Source of the DNA: a virus
Taxonomy: Duplodnaviria; Caudoviricetes
DNA: 64,000 bases
Direction: 5' to 3' (one strand)
Virus record (IMG/VR): IMGVR_UViG_2862611759_000001
Shown: positions 8,791 to 17,749 of the stretch, in pieces
Position numbering within the stretch: the stretch's first letter is position 1
Layout: every line of letters starts with the position of its first letter
Program-made: the position numbers and the translations under genes
The notes under the pieces: generated by a model
The model's database searches: none
Told to the model about the DNA's origin: nothing
What the model saw: the letters and a program-made list of their open reading frames with translations, nothing else

Positions 8791-9314
8791 TGGCGACGCA
8801 GAGCCTGCCCGTCACGGCGCCGGCGGCCCGCCGCCCGGCGCCGCGGCCGACTGCCCCGGTCACCCCGCGGCCGCCGCGCGGCCCCCACCGGCTGCACGTA
8901 CCGCTCCCGACGCTGGCCCCGGACCCCCCGACCTGGGGGCAGCGCCTGATCCCCAAGGGCGTCCGGTCCGCGATGGCTGACCTGGGGCTCTGGCAGGAGC
9001 CGCGCCCCTTGAAGCCCTCGTACCACCTGGCCCAGGTGATCGAAGTCCTGACCCGCTACGGCTGGGGCCAGTCCTTCGACTTCTCTCCCACCGGCCGTAT
9101 GTGCATCAGGGGTGCCCAGACCTTTCTGGAATCCACCGGGCATGTGACCGCGATCGACCGGGGGAAGGCCGTGAATTATCTCCAGACCCAACTGGCCCGC
9201 CAGGGTGTGGAGATGGAGTTTTGGGCGTGGAACGACCTTTCCGGCAACACTTTCCAAGGCGTGGAGGCCATGATCTCTGCGGCCTCCGGCCTGGCGCGTA
9301 AGAACGGAGAATAA
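8790..9314 (+). CDS. DUF6197-like hypothetical protein
   Basis: VLTRYGWGQ...GRMCIRGA...WAWND pattern; coupled ATG at 8790. Confidence 0.7.
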   Translation: MATQSLPVTAPAARRPAPRPTAPVTPRPPRGPHRLHVPLPTLAPDPPTWGQRLIPKGVRSAMADLGLWQEPRPLKPSYHLAQVIEVLTRYGWGQSFDFSPTGRMCIRGAQTFLESTGHVTAIDRGKAVNYLQTQLARQGVEMEFWAWNDLSGNTFQGVEAMISAASGLARKNGE

Positions 9315-9315
9315 A

Positions 9316-9963
9316 ATGACACCGGATGAAGAGAGCGCATTCGAAGGAATTCAGGCCGGAATGGTGGCTGGAATGGCCTTCGGGAACGACGCTCCCGACG
9401 TTTCCCCGTACGCCGATGAAAGCCCGTACGGAACGCCGGTCGTGAAGTCCGAGAAGGCTGGTCTGACCCGTCGGGGGAAGGTCGCCGTCGCGGTCGCCGG
9501 GGTCGCGCTCGTCGGCGGCGGGACCATCTGGTTCCAGGTCCACTCGGCGGCCGTCGCGAAGGACGAGAAGGAGGCCGCCGCCCTCCAGATCCAGATGAAG
9601 CAGCTGGAGCTGGAGGAGATGAGGATCCGCAACGCGCAGGCGAGCAGCGACCAGAAGGCCGCGACCGCCTCCGCCGAGAAGGTCCAGGCGGCCGTCGACA
9701 AGTGCGTGAAGGACTCCTTCGCGCTGGCCGACAAGGGCTACGGACCGCCCTCGCGGAGCGCCGTCGTGGCGGACTGCAAGCAGCAGTACGAAACCGTCGA
9801 CGGGTCCCTCATGACGGCCGCCAGCAACGTCCAGGCCGCCGGCCGCGGTGCAGGCGGAGCGGGGAGCGAGGGGATCAACTCCCCGACCCTGCTGGGCCTG
9901 GTCGCCGGAGGCGGCCTGGCCATCGCGGTGTTCGCGCGCAAGGGCAAGAAGGCCGACGCATAG
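9316..9963 (+). CDS. Membrane protein of transfer region
   Basis: N- and C-terminal TM helices flanking a coiled coil with two Cys. Confidence 0.75.
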   Translation: MTPDEESAFEGIQAGMVAGMAFGNDAPDVSPYADESPYGTPVVKSEKAGLTRRGKVAVAVAGVALVGGGTIWFQVHSAAVAKDEKEAAALQIQMKQLELEEMRIRNAQASSDQKAATASAEKVQAAVDKCVKDSFALADKGYGPPSRSAVVADCKQQYETVDGSLMTAASNVQAAGRGAGGAGSEGINSPTLLGLVAGGGLAIAVFARKGKKADA

Positions 9964-10109
9964 TCACGAAAAGTAGTCGAGGTGGTTACTCCTTCCCTGC
10001 TCCCGGCCGCCTGAACAGCGAAAAGGTGCCTCTGGAGGTGCCCTCGCGGCCTTCCCAGTTCGGGAAGCGAGTAGGGAGTAACCACTCTGAGTGACGATCG
10101 AGGGAGAGT

Positions 10110-10667
10110 ATGAGGCACGACAGGACCGGCAGGAGCAACGCGCACGGCGTGGTCTACGTGATCGGATCCGCAGCTGACCGGCGGGTGAAGATCGGCTCTG
10201 CAGGCAACGCGCGCAACCGCCTGATGGAGCTGCAATCGGGCAACCCGAACCCCCTCCGGATCCTGGCGACCGTCGAGGGCGGGCGCCTTCTGGAGAGGCT
10301 GATCCACGAGCACCTGAAGCGCTTCCGGGGGATCGGGGAGTGGTTCGACTTCGGAGAGGCGAACCCCATTCACATGGTCACCGACGCGGTTCAGGCCCTT
10401 CGGGACAAAGGGCTGTTCCCATCTCCGGAAGGGCTGGAAGAGCTCCGGGAAAGCCAGAAGCGATCGCCCTCTGCGCTCACGGTCAAGGAGAAGATCCTGG
10501 CCTCTTTGAAGGCCGGCGTCGCTCCGATGACGGTGCATGAAGTGGCCACGGCGACAGGCGTTTCCGTGCCCCATCTGGGCGTGAAGCTGTCCGAGCTCAA
10601 GAGCGTCGGGCTGGTCAGCAATTCGGAGCGCCGGTGGTCGCTGGTGGTACACGAGGAAGGTGAGTGA
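10110..10667 (+). CDS. GIY-YIG (T5orf172/Mug113-like) nuclease fused to winged HTH
   Basis: VYVIGS...VKIGS...RLMELQSGNP...LERLIHEHL...GEWF; C-terminal MTVHEVATATGVSVPHLGVKLSELKSVGLV. Confidence 0.8.
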   Translation: MRHDRTGRSNAHGVVYVIGSAADRRVKIGSAGNARNRLMELQSGNPNPLRILATVEGGRLLERLIHEHLKRFRGIGEWFDFGEANPIHMVTDAVQALRDKGLFPSPEGLEELRESQKRSPSALTVKEKILASLKAGVAPMTVHEVATATGVSVPHLGVKLSELKSVGLVSNSERRWSLVVHEEGE

Positions 10668-10670
10668 GAG

Positions 10671-12449
10671 ATGGCGGTCGACACGGCGCCCCCGGTCCCC
10701 GGAGGACCGCCCGATCCGCCCGCCGCGGCCGCCGGCGGGACGCCCGCGGCGGCCGGGAACACCGGCATCATGGCCGCCCTGATGGCCGCGGTGGAACCGG
10801 CCAGGCCGGTCACCGCGACCGGTGCCGGGGCCCGGCCGGACGGTGACGACCCGACCGCGAAGGCGGACCCCGGCGGGGTGGTAGGCCGCAGCTCCCCGGG
10901 CGTCACCAGCGAGTCGTTCAAGGCCCCGGAGGACCTGGCCGGCGCCGGGTCCGACGCGGCTGGCGCCCGGTACAAGGAGGGCGTGCTCAAGACCCTGATC
11001 CGGGCGGGCGCGACTCGCTGGGCGAAGGGCGGCGGGACCGCGAACAAGCGCCTGGACGTGGCGAAGGCCAGGGCCGCCGCGCTCCAGGTGAAGGAGACCC
11101 GGACCACCACGGTCACGAAATCGCCCGGACTTCCGCCCCGGAACGGTCCCCAAGGAGGGGCCGGTGGAGGCGGGAATTCGGGCCGCAATTCCAGCGGGAG
11201 CGGCTCAGCAGGTGCCGGGCGTGGTGGGAATGGCGGCGCCACCGGAAGTGGTGGGCGCGGCTCGTCCGGCTCGAATGGGAATGCAGGATCCGGCGGTGGT
11301 CGCGGAGCTAGCGGAAACGGTGGCGGGAGTTCTCCGAAGGAGGCCGGACCGAAGCCCATTAAGGACTCTGGGGCCAAGGGGAAAGACGGCTCATCGGGTA
11401 GCTCGGGGGCTGGTGGAAAGGCGGGCAAGGACGGAAAGCCTGGTGCCGCTGGGAGCGCTGGCGGAACGGTGGCCGGTGGCTCGTCCGGCGGGAACTCCGG
11501 TGCCCCGAACGCCTCGAAGGGCAAGGCGGGCCAGGGCGCGAAGGGCGACCTGAAGAAGGGCGGCGGCCAGGGTTCGGGCGGCTCCTCCGGGAGCAGCGGC
11601 GGCTCCGGTTCGGGTGGCAGCCCTGGCAAGAACGGCAGGGGCGGGAAGGGCGGCGGCTCCGGCTCCGACGGGGCCGGCGGCCGGACCCCGCTTCAGCGCT
11701 CCAGGGAGACGGGCCACAGCGACGGCTCCAAGGTCCGGAACGTGATCGACCACGTCCAGGCGTACGCGCAGGGCGCGAAGGACGGCTACCAGGACAAGAA
11801 GGAGGCGAACGCCGAGGAGCACACGCGGCTGGACAAGGCCCGCGCCGACCACAAGGCGAAGCAGCAGGACCCGAAGAAGGACGACCCGAAGGGGACGGCG
11901 GTCACCGGGCCGAACGGCCAGACGCTCGTCATCGCCCCGCCGGACAAGGAGGACGACGGAGTGAGCACGGACGTGAAGCCCCTTCTGGTGAAGGAGATCG
12001 ACGCGAACACGCTGACCCTGGGCACGGACGGCGCCCGGGGGGCGATCAGCCGGAAGGAGCTGCGGAACTTCAAGCAGTACGAGCGGAAGCTGGAAGCCAA
12101 GGAGACCCACCTGATCAAGGTGGCCGAGGCGTGCAAGTCGCTGGAGGCCGCCGCTCAGGACGAGGCGAAGGACTGCCAGCAGCTGGCCGAGCAGGCGAAG
12201 GCCGTCGAGGGCGGCGAGAAGCTCGCGGCGAAGCTGACGAAGCTGGCCGACGCGGCGAAGGCCCAGGCGGCGGAGGCCGCCGAGCTCCACAAGCGCGCGA
12301 AGCGGGCGGCGGAGATGTGCAAGGTCGTCCTGACCAACATCGGGACCCGGTACGCGCCGCTCTACAAGGCCGTCGTCGACAGCGACGTGACGAAGCCCGC
12401 CGAGCTCCGCTTCTACAACGACAAGGGCTCCTACGCGCCCGCCGCGTAG
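10671..12449 (+). CDS. Gly/Ser-rich transfer-region protein with helical C-terminal domain
   Basis: 592 aa; low-complexity centre; lies two genes upstream of traB. Confidence 0.75.
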   Translation: MAVDTAPPVPGGPPDPPAAAAGGTPAAAGNTGIMAALMAAVEPARPVTATGAGARPDGDDPTAKADPGGVVGRSSPGVTSESFKAPEDLAGAGSDAAGARYKEGVLKTLIRAGATRWAKGGGTANKRLDVAKARAAALQVKETRTTTVTKSPGLPPRNGPQGGAGGGGNSGRNSSGSGSAGAGRGGNGGATGSGGRGSSGSNGNAGSGGGRGASGNGGGSSPKEAGPKPIKDSGAKGKDGSSGSSGAGGKAGKDGKPGAAGSAGGTVAGGSSGGNSGAPNASKGKAGQGAKGDLKKGGGQGSGGSSGSSGGSGSGGSPGKNGRGGKGGGSGSDGAGGRTPLQRSRETGHSDGSKVRNVIDHVQAYAQGAKDGYQDKKEANAEEHTRLDKARADHKAKQQDPKKDDPKGTAVTGPNGQTLVIAPPDKEDDGVSTDVKPLLVKEIDANTLTLGTDGARGAISRKELRNFKQYERKLEAKETHLIKVAEACKSLEAAAQDEAKDCQQLAEQAKAVEGGEKLAAKLTKLADAAKAQAAEAAELHKRAKRAAEMCKVVLTNIGTRYAPLYKAVVDSDVTKPAELRFYNDKGSYAPAA

Positions 12450-12470
12450 GACCGGACGGGAGTACCGATC

Positions 12471-12851
12471 ATGGCAGAGCTGACGTTCAAGGCCCTCGTC
12501 CGCAAGACCGAGGCCAAGGAGAGGGCCCTGGCCCGCAACGCGGAGGGCGTCAAGCAGGCCGCGGACCGCATCAAGGACCTGGCCGACGACACCGCCTCCG
12601 ACGCGGACGCGCTGGGTGCCAAGACCGTGGACCGCGACTCCCTGGCGGAGTGCCAGGAGCTGGCGAGGATCATCCGCGGGGTGTCGGACGGCGCGATCGA
12701 CTACGCGTCGAAGACGGCCGACACCGCGAAGGCCGCGAAGGCCGCCGGGGACCAGGCCCGCACCACCCACGCCGGGTTCCAGGAGGCCTTCGACCGGTCG
12801 GACGTGACGGACCTGGAGAAGGTCTCACGCGACTGGTTCGAGCAGGAGTAG
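12471..12851 (+). CDS. Small helical-hairpin protein preceding traB
   Basis: RBS GGGAG; amphipathic helices; THAGFQEA...SRDWF ending. Confidence 0.8.
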   Translation: MAELTFKALVRKTEAKERALARNAEGVKQAADRIKDLADDTASDADALGAKTVDRDSLAECQELARIIRGVSDGAIDYASKTADTAKAAKAAGDQARTTHAGFQEAFDRSDVTDLEKVSRDWFEQE

Positions 12852-12963
12852 CACCACCGCACCACCCCTACCGACGCGCGGCCGCCCCCCGGGGATCGCG
12901 TTCCCAGCGGCCGGCCGCGCTCCTCGCACGTCACCCCGTTCCCAGACAGGAGAGTCCCGCCTG

Positions 12964-15303
12964 ATGTCCACCACCATCACCAAGACCGTGCCGAACGCGG
13001 AGCCGGCGGAGCGCGCCGCCGCAGCGCTCCAGGTCCTCCTGCCCGTCGGGGTGGGCATCCTGGCCCCGTTCCTGGACCCGAACGCCGCGGCCTACGCCGG
13101 GATCGGCTTCGTGGCAGGAGCGACGTTCGCCGGCGCCAACTACATGAACCGCCTCGGCCGCTGGGCGAACCAGCTCCCCGGGATCGACATCGCGCGGGCG
13201 CACCGCGACACCATGGGAATCTCCACGATCACCACCGGCATGGGCCTCGCCCTGGGGCAGCTGGGCGGCGCCGAGGCGACCGACGCCCTGCTGGCCGGCG
13301 CCCTGGAGCCGCTCTCCATCCCCGGGATCCTGTCGCTGGGCTGGTGGGCCGCGGTCGTCTTCACCGGCTGGCGCCTGCGCCGCGTCTTCGGCCGCCGAAA
13401 GGTCGAGGTGGAGCAGACGCAGGCCCAGCAGGCGGTCCAGGCCGCCCCGGCCAACACCGGCGCCCCGGCCGCCGTGTCCATGGCCGACAAGATGATCGCG
13501 GCCTGGGGGCACGTGATCAGCGACCCGAAGAACGGCCGGCACAAGAACCAGGTGCTCTCCGATGTCGTGATCTACACCGACCGCTGGGAAGGCCGGATCA
13601 CCGCCGCCCTCGGCGACTCCGTGAACGTCGCGAAGGACACCGTCTCCTCCCTCTTCGGCCGCACGGTCGACGACATCGACATGAAGGTAGGCGCGCACTC
13701 CGGCGAGGTCTTCATCACCGTCTGGTACACCCAGCGCGCGGAGCTCGACCCCTCCACCCTCCAAGGCGCCTGGAAGCGAGTCCGCGCACGGGTCCTCCCG
13801 AAGACCCACCTGGAAGAGGTCGGCCACGACGAGAACACCGGCGGCCAGGTGGCGCGCGTCGTCGCCGACGACGACCTGGACGCGCTGCCCCGCGTCGTCA
13901 ACCTCGGCGAGCTCGCCGGCGCGCTGCGCCGGTCCATCGACCTCGTCTCCTACGAGCCGGGCCGGCGCGACCCCCGGCGCGCGATCATCCGCGTCATGGA
14001 CCACAACCCCCTGGAGGCCGGCCACGACTTCCAGGGCCTGGACTCGCTCAAGGCCACCCCGGGCGGCTGGGTCAACATCGGCAAGATCGTCTCCGGCTTC
14101 CCGGCGAAGATCCAGCTGTTCGACCCGAAGCTGGGCGCCCTCCACGTCGTGATCGCTGGCACCACCGGCTCCGGCAAGGGCGGCACGGGCCAGATGATCA
14201 GCCTGGCGTACCACGCCAACAAGATGTCCCAGATCTACGGCGACCCCAAGGGCGCCAGCAACCCGGCAATCCCGAAGATGGCCGCCTACAGCGGCCTTAC
14301 GAAGGAGGGCGCCCTGGGCGCCATGCGGCTGTCCTGGTGGGTCCTGCAGCACCGAATCGAAGAGGCCGCCCGTCTGGAGCTGAAGAACTTCGAGCCGTCC
14401 GCGATGCGGCCGTACTGCGCCACGATCCTGGACGAGGCCGCCCAAATGCTCGCCCCCGGCGCGCCGAACCGCAAGGAAGCCATCAAGATCGTCAAGGACG
14501 GCGCCTCCCTCACCCGCTCCCTGGGCATGCCCTGGGTCCTGATCAACCAGACCGTCAACCTCGACCAGCTCGGCGGCGAGCAGGCCATCCGCGCCAACCT
14601 CATCGCCGGCGGCACCTGGATCATCCTGCGCACCGACAGCGACCAGGTGAACCTCGGCGACCTCCCCCCTGGCTTCGAGGGAATCGACCCCTCCCTGATC
14701 CCGCCGGTGTGGGTGGAGGAGGACGACGCGCTGGTGTACGACCCGACCATGGAGGAGTCGGACCCGCGCCGCACCTTCGGCCTCGGATACGTCGCTGCCC
14801 CCGGCGGCCGTGCCGGGATGATGCGCATCGACACCCTTGAGGACGCCACTGATCACATCCGGCCGGAGAACATCCTCGCGCCGGTCGACGTCCCCTGGTG
14901 GGGCGACGAGGCGTACATGGAGGAGCTGGCCCGCACGCCGATCCCCGGGTTCGAGGAGAAGGACGGCGAAGGCGCTACCGGCGAGGCCGGGACCTCGTTC
15001 CCTGGTGTCGACCTCCCGAAGGCCAAGGAGCTCACTTCGGAGGAGAAGGTGCTGGCTGCCCTCCGCGATGAGTCCGACCCGATGTACGTGGACATGGTCG
15101 ACGTCGGCGACGACATCGACCCTGGCGACGTCGACTACGTGGAGCGGGGCCAGCTTCAGGCCGCCTGTGGGGTCTCGGAGTCCACCTTCGCGAACGTCCT
15201 CAACAAGCTGGAGAAGGCGGGGAAGATCCACCGGATCAAGGAAGGGAAGACCTCGAAGGTGGCTCTCGGCCCGCGGCCGGAGGCCGCCGAGGAGGCCGCC
15301 TGA
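12964..15303 (+). CDS. traB: TraB-like FtsK/SpoIIIE conjugative DNA translocase
   Basis: N-terminal TM segments; Walker A GTTGSGKG; DPKG; Walker B ILDEAAQ; RSLG; C-terminal wHTH (GVSESTFANVLNKLEKAGKIHR). Confidence 0.85.
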   Translation: MSTTITKTVPNAEPAERAAAALQVLLPVGVGILAPFLDPNAAAYAGIGFVAGATFAGANYMNRLGRWANQLPGIDIARAHRDTMGISTITTGMGLALGQLGGAEATDALLAGALEPLSIPGILSLGWWAAVVFTGWRLRRVFGRRKVEVEQTQAQQAVQAAPANTGAPAAVSMADKMIAAWGHVISDPKNGRHKNQVLSDVVIYTDRWEGRITAALGDSVNVAKDTVSSLFGRTVDDIDMKVGAHSGEVFITVWYTQRAELDPSTLQGAWKRVRARVLPKTHLEEVGHDENTGGQVARVVADDDLDALPRVVNLGELAGALRRSIDLVSYEPGRRDPRRAIIRVMDHNPLEAGHDFQGLDSLKATPGGWVNIGKIVSGFPAKIQLFDPKLGALHVVIAGTTGSGKGGTGQMISLAYHANKMSQIYGDPKGASNPAIPKMAAYSGLTKEGALGAMRLSWWVLQHRIEEAARLELKNFEPSAMRPYCATILDEAAQMLAPGAPNRKEAIKIVKDGASLTRSLGMPWVLINQTVNLDQLGGEQAIRANLIAGGTWIILRTDSDQVNLGDLPPGFEGIDPSLIPPVWVEEDDALVYDPTMEESDPRRTFGLGYVAAPGGRAGMMRIDTLEDATDHIRPENILAPVDVPWWGDEAYMEELARTPIPGFEEKDGEGATGEAGTSFPGVDLPKAKELTSEEKVLAALRDESDPMYVDMVDVGDDIDPGDVDYVERGQLQAACGVSESTFANVLNKLEKAGKIHRIKEGKTSKVALGPRPEAAEEAA

Positions 15304-15315
15304 CCCTCGAACCAG

Positions 15316-15357
15316 CTACCCCATATTCTATTGTCTTGACAATAGAATATGGGGTAG
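15316..15357. promoter_or_regulatory. Palindromic operator copy 1 overlapping a promoter
   Basis: Perfect 20-bp inverted repeat CTACCCCATATTCTATTGTC-TT-GACAATAGAATATGGGGTAG. Confidence 0.75.
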
Positions 15358-15425
15358 TGTCGTTTCCGCGCCGCCCACCCCGGCCCACGCACACCGCCCC
15401 TGCCCGACCAGCAGAAAGGCACCCC

Positions 15426-16145
15426 ATGACCTACGACGACGCCTCCGCCCTCTACAGCGACAACCACCTCCGCTGCGTCATCACCAGCTTCGGCGAGAAC
15501 CACACCGACAACCCCACCGGCGACGCCTTGCTCGTAGACACCCGCGCCCTGCGCAACCCCCCGGAGGACCCCGCCGTCCGCGAGCGCATGCTCAACTCCA
15601 ACGGCCTCGACCGAGAGGTCCGCCACTACGTCATGGCCACCCGCGGCGCCCGCGAACTCGTCTCCCGCAACGCCGAGAAGGCCCTGATCCTCCTCGACCC
15701 CAAGAACCAGAAGCGCTGGGTCGGCACCGCCCAGCCCACCCGCGTCGACATCCACGTCATGTGCGGTGGCGGCCGCCACCGCTCCGTCGCCATCGCCGAG
15801 GAGATCGCCGCCTACCTCCGCGCCGCCGACGTCGGCTGCGAGGTCGAGCACCGCCACATCGACCGCCCCATCACCACCAAGCCGACCACCGCCACCGCCG
15901 CCCCGGCCTTCGCCCGCTACACGCTCGAACCCGGGCACATCGACGTCGGCGTCTACGGCTGGGAGCTGAAGGGCATCCGCCCCGACGGCGACGCAATCTC
16001 CGAGATCCACGAGGCCTTCACCCGCGACGAGGCCGCCGATGCCGTGGCCGCCCGCAGCTGGGCCGACCAGCTCATCGGCGCTCCGCAGGACTGGCGCCAC
16101 GTACGCGAGCGCGGCTTCGACCGCTGGGAAGCCGGAACGCTCTGA
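15426..16145 (+). CDS. Stand-alone RapZ C-terminal-like domain protein with extra C-terminal domain
   Basis: ITSFG...DTRALRNP...GLDREVRHYV...CGGGRHRSVAIAEEIA...VEHRHI motifs; RBS GAAAGG. Confidence 0.8.
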   Translation: MTYDDASALYSDNHLRCVITSFGENHTDNPTGDALLVDTRALRNPPEDPAVRERMLNSNGLDREVRHYVMATRGARELVSRNAEKALILLDPKNQKRWVGTAQPTRVDIHVMCGGGRHRSVAIAEEIAAYLRAADVGCEVEHRHIDRPITTKPTTATAAPAFARYTLEPGHIDVGVYGWELKGIRPDGDAISEIHEAFTRDEAADAVAARSWADQLIGAPQDWRHVRERGFDRWEAGTL

Positions 16146-16323
16146 CCCCCCGCCAGGGGAGTACCGGGGATAGCACCTCAGACAAACGCCCGCCCGTGCG
16201 CCACGATGGTTCCTGCAGCGTCCGGGGCGCGCAATTCATGGTGTCCCCGCGCCCGTTACGGGCCCCGGACGTGCAAGAATTCCCCCCAGGTTCGCCCGCG
16301 CACCCCCGTCGCGGAGAACCTCA

Positions 16324-16357
16324 CGGCCCCGCCGGTCTCCCCCGTCCGGCGGGGCCG
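16324..16357. terminator. GC-rich hairpin between convergent genes
   Basis: CGGCCCCGCCGG-N10-CCGGCGGGGCCG. Confidence 0.6.
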
Positions 16358-16371
16358 CTCCATGCCCGGGG

Positions 16372-17076
16372 CTACTTCACCGGCTTCCACACCGAGCAGC
16401 GCTCTGACGTGAACTGCCCGTCCGACGAACGGATCGTCACCGTGATCTTCCGCGCGCTTGTGGCGAAGTTGTTGTCGACGATCTCCCCGGACTCCGAGGT
16501 CCGCTCCCAGTAGCAGCCGTCCATCTTGCCCTCGGCCCGGTACGTCCCCGGCGGGATCGTCTCGTCCTCCCCGGCGGCCGCCGGCTTCGACGACACCACG
16601 AACGTCCCGCTGCCGAACCACCGGTCGTACTTCCCGGACACCGCCTGCTTCAGCACGCCCGTCCACTTCGGGCACAGCTTCGGGATGCCCGCCTGCAAGA
16701 TGGCCTTCCCGTCGCCGTCGAAGTTCCCCGCCTCCGCCAGCCACTGCGGCCGCGACGCTCCCTCGACGCCGCTCACCGGCAGCGATGCGCAGACATCCTC
16801 CACGAACGCCACCGCCGACCCCGCATACAGCTCGTCGACCTGCCAGCCGTTCTCCGCCGCGAGCGCCTTCAGCTCGTCCTGCGGGGAGGCTGGGGTGGCC
16901 GGCGCCGCCGTCGTCGGCTCCACCGGCATCTCGGTGGGCACCACCTCGGCCCCCGTCGTCGGGGTCACCTCTGGCGCCTTCGCCGACGACCCGTCACCAC
17001 CCCCTGAACACCCCGACACCAGCAACACCACAGCCACGCCGACCGCCGCGGCCCCCACCCCTCGTACATGTCTCAT
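16372..17076 (-). CDS. Lipoprotein (cargo/moron)
   Basis: Signal peptide with lipobox LLVSGC; Pro/Thr linker; IPPGTYRAEG...CYWER...IVDNNF C-terminal domain. Confidence 0.85.
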   Translation of the reverse strand: MRHVRGVGAAAVGVAVVLLVSGCSGGGDGSSAKAPEVTPTTGAEVVPTEMPVEPTTAAPATPASPQDELKALAAENGWQVDELYAGSAVAFVEDVCASLPVSGVEGASRPQWLAEAGNFDGDGKAILQAGIPKLCPKWTGVLKQAVSGKYDRWFGSGTFVVSSKPAAAGEDETIPPGTYRAEGKMDGCYWERTSESGEIVDNNFATSARKITVTIRSSDGQFTSERCSVWKPVK

Positions 17077-17185
17077 GCCCGCGAATATGCCACCGCCGTC
17101 GGGCCCGGGGGATCGGATGCGCTCAGATCGGGGATCATCGAACGGAAGGCGCGGGGCCTGACCAGGAGCGGGAGCCCCCACCGCC

Positions 17186-17749
17186 ATGCCCCATTCGCTG
17201 GCCGAGCAGGCCGAAGTCGCCGCCCGCCGCGCCGATCTGATCCGCCTGCGGCTCCGTGGCGTGCCCTTCAACGATCACCGCATCCTCGACCTCGGATACG
17301 CCAGCCCCGGAGCCGCGTCCAAGGACCTCATCCGCGCCCTGGAAGCCCACCGCGACGACGCCGCCGCCGAGGCCTCCGTCTACCGGCAGCAGGAGAACGA
17401 ACGCCTCGACGCCCTCCTCGACGCCGTCTGGAGGCAGGCCACCACCGAGCGCCCCGTCTACGGCAAGGACGGCCAGTTCATCGGCAACGAGGTCGACATG
17501 CGCGCCGTCGACACCGTCCTCAAGCTCATGGACCGCCGCGCCAAGCTCAACGGCCTCGACGCGCCCGTGAAGACCGAGGTGTCCGGGCCCGGCGGGGGAG
17601 CGGTCCGCCTCGACCACGTCGGCCTCGCCGAGCTGAACAGGCTCATCGCCACCGCCGGCGACCCCGACACCGACGAGACGGACGACGACGAGGACGACGA
17701 CCTGCGCTACGTCGACGAGGACGAAGATGACGACCGTACTTCGGCCTGA
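17186..17749 (+). CDS. terS: Terminase small subunit
   Basis: N-terminal HTH (LRLRGVPF...LGYAS); MDRRAKLNGLDAPVK motif; directly upstream of terL. Confidence 0.75.
   Translation: MPHSLAEQAEVAARRADLIRLRLRGVPFNDHRILDLGYASPGAASKDLIRALEAHRDDAAAEASVYRQQENERLDALLDAVWRQATTERPVYGKDGQFIGNEVDMRAVDTVLKLMDRRAKLNGLDAPVKTEVSGPGGGAVRLDHVGLAELNRLIATAGDPDTDETDDDEDDDLRYVDEDEDDDRTSA

Noticed and set aside
11130-11680. Gly-rich region resembling PE-PGRS or collagen repeats
   Set aside because: No PE domain and no strict GGAGG or Gly-X-Y period; treated as a low-complexity linker
12931-15231. 766-aa minus-strand ORF and similar long antisense or alternate-frame ORFs (for example 30606..34337, 33646..35991, 19904..21439)
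   Set aside because: High-GC stop-codon scarcity; they overlap well-supported genes and give Arg/Pro/Gly-rich or mirror-codon translations
16146-16320. Non-coding DNA downstream of traB/rapZ-C as the clt locus
   Set aside because: It contains hairpins but no visible series of 8-bp direct repeats
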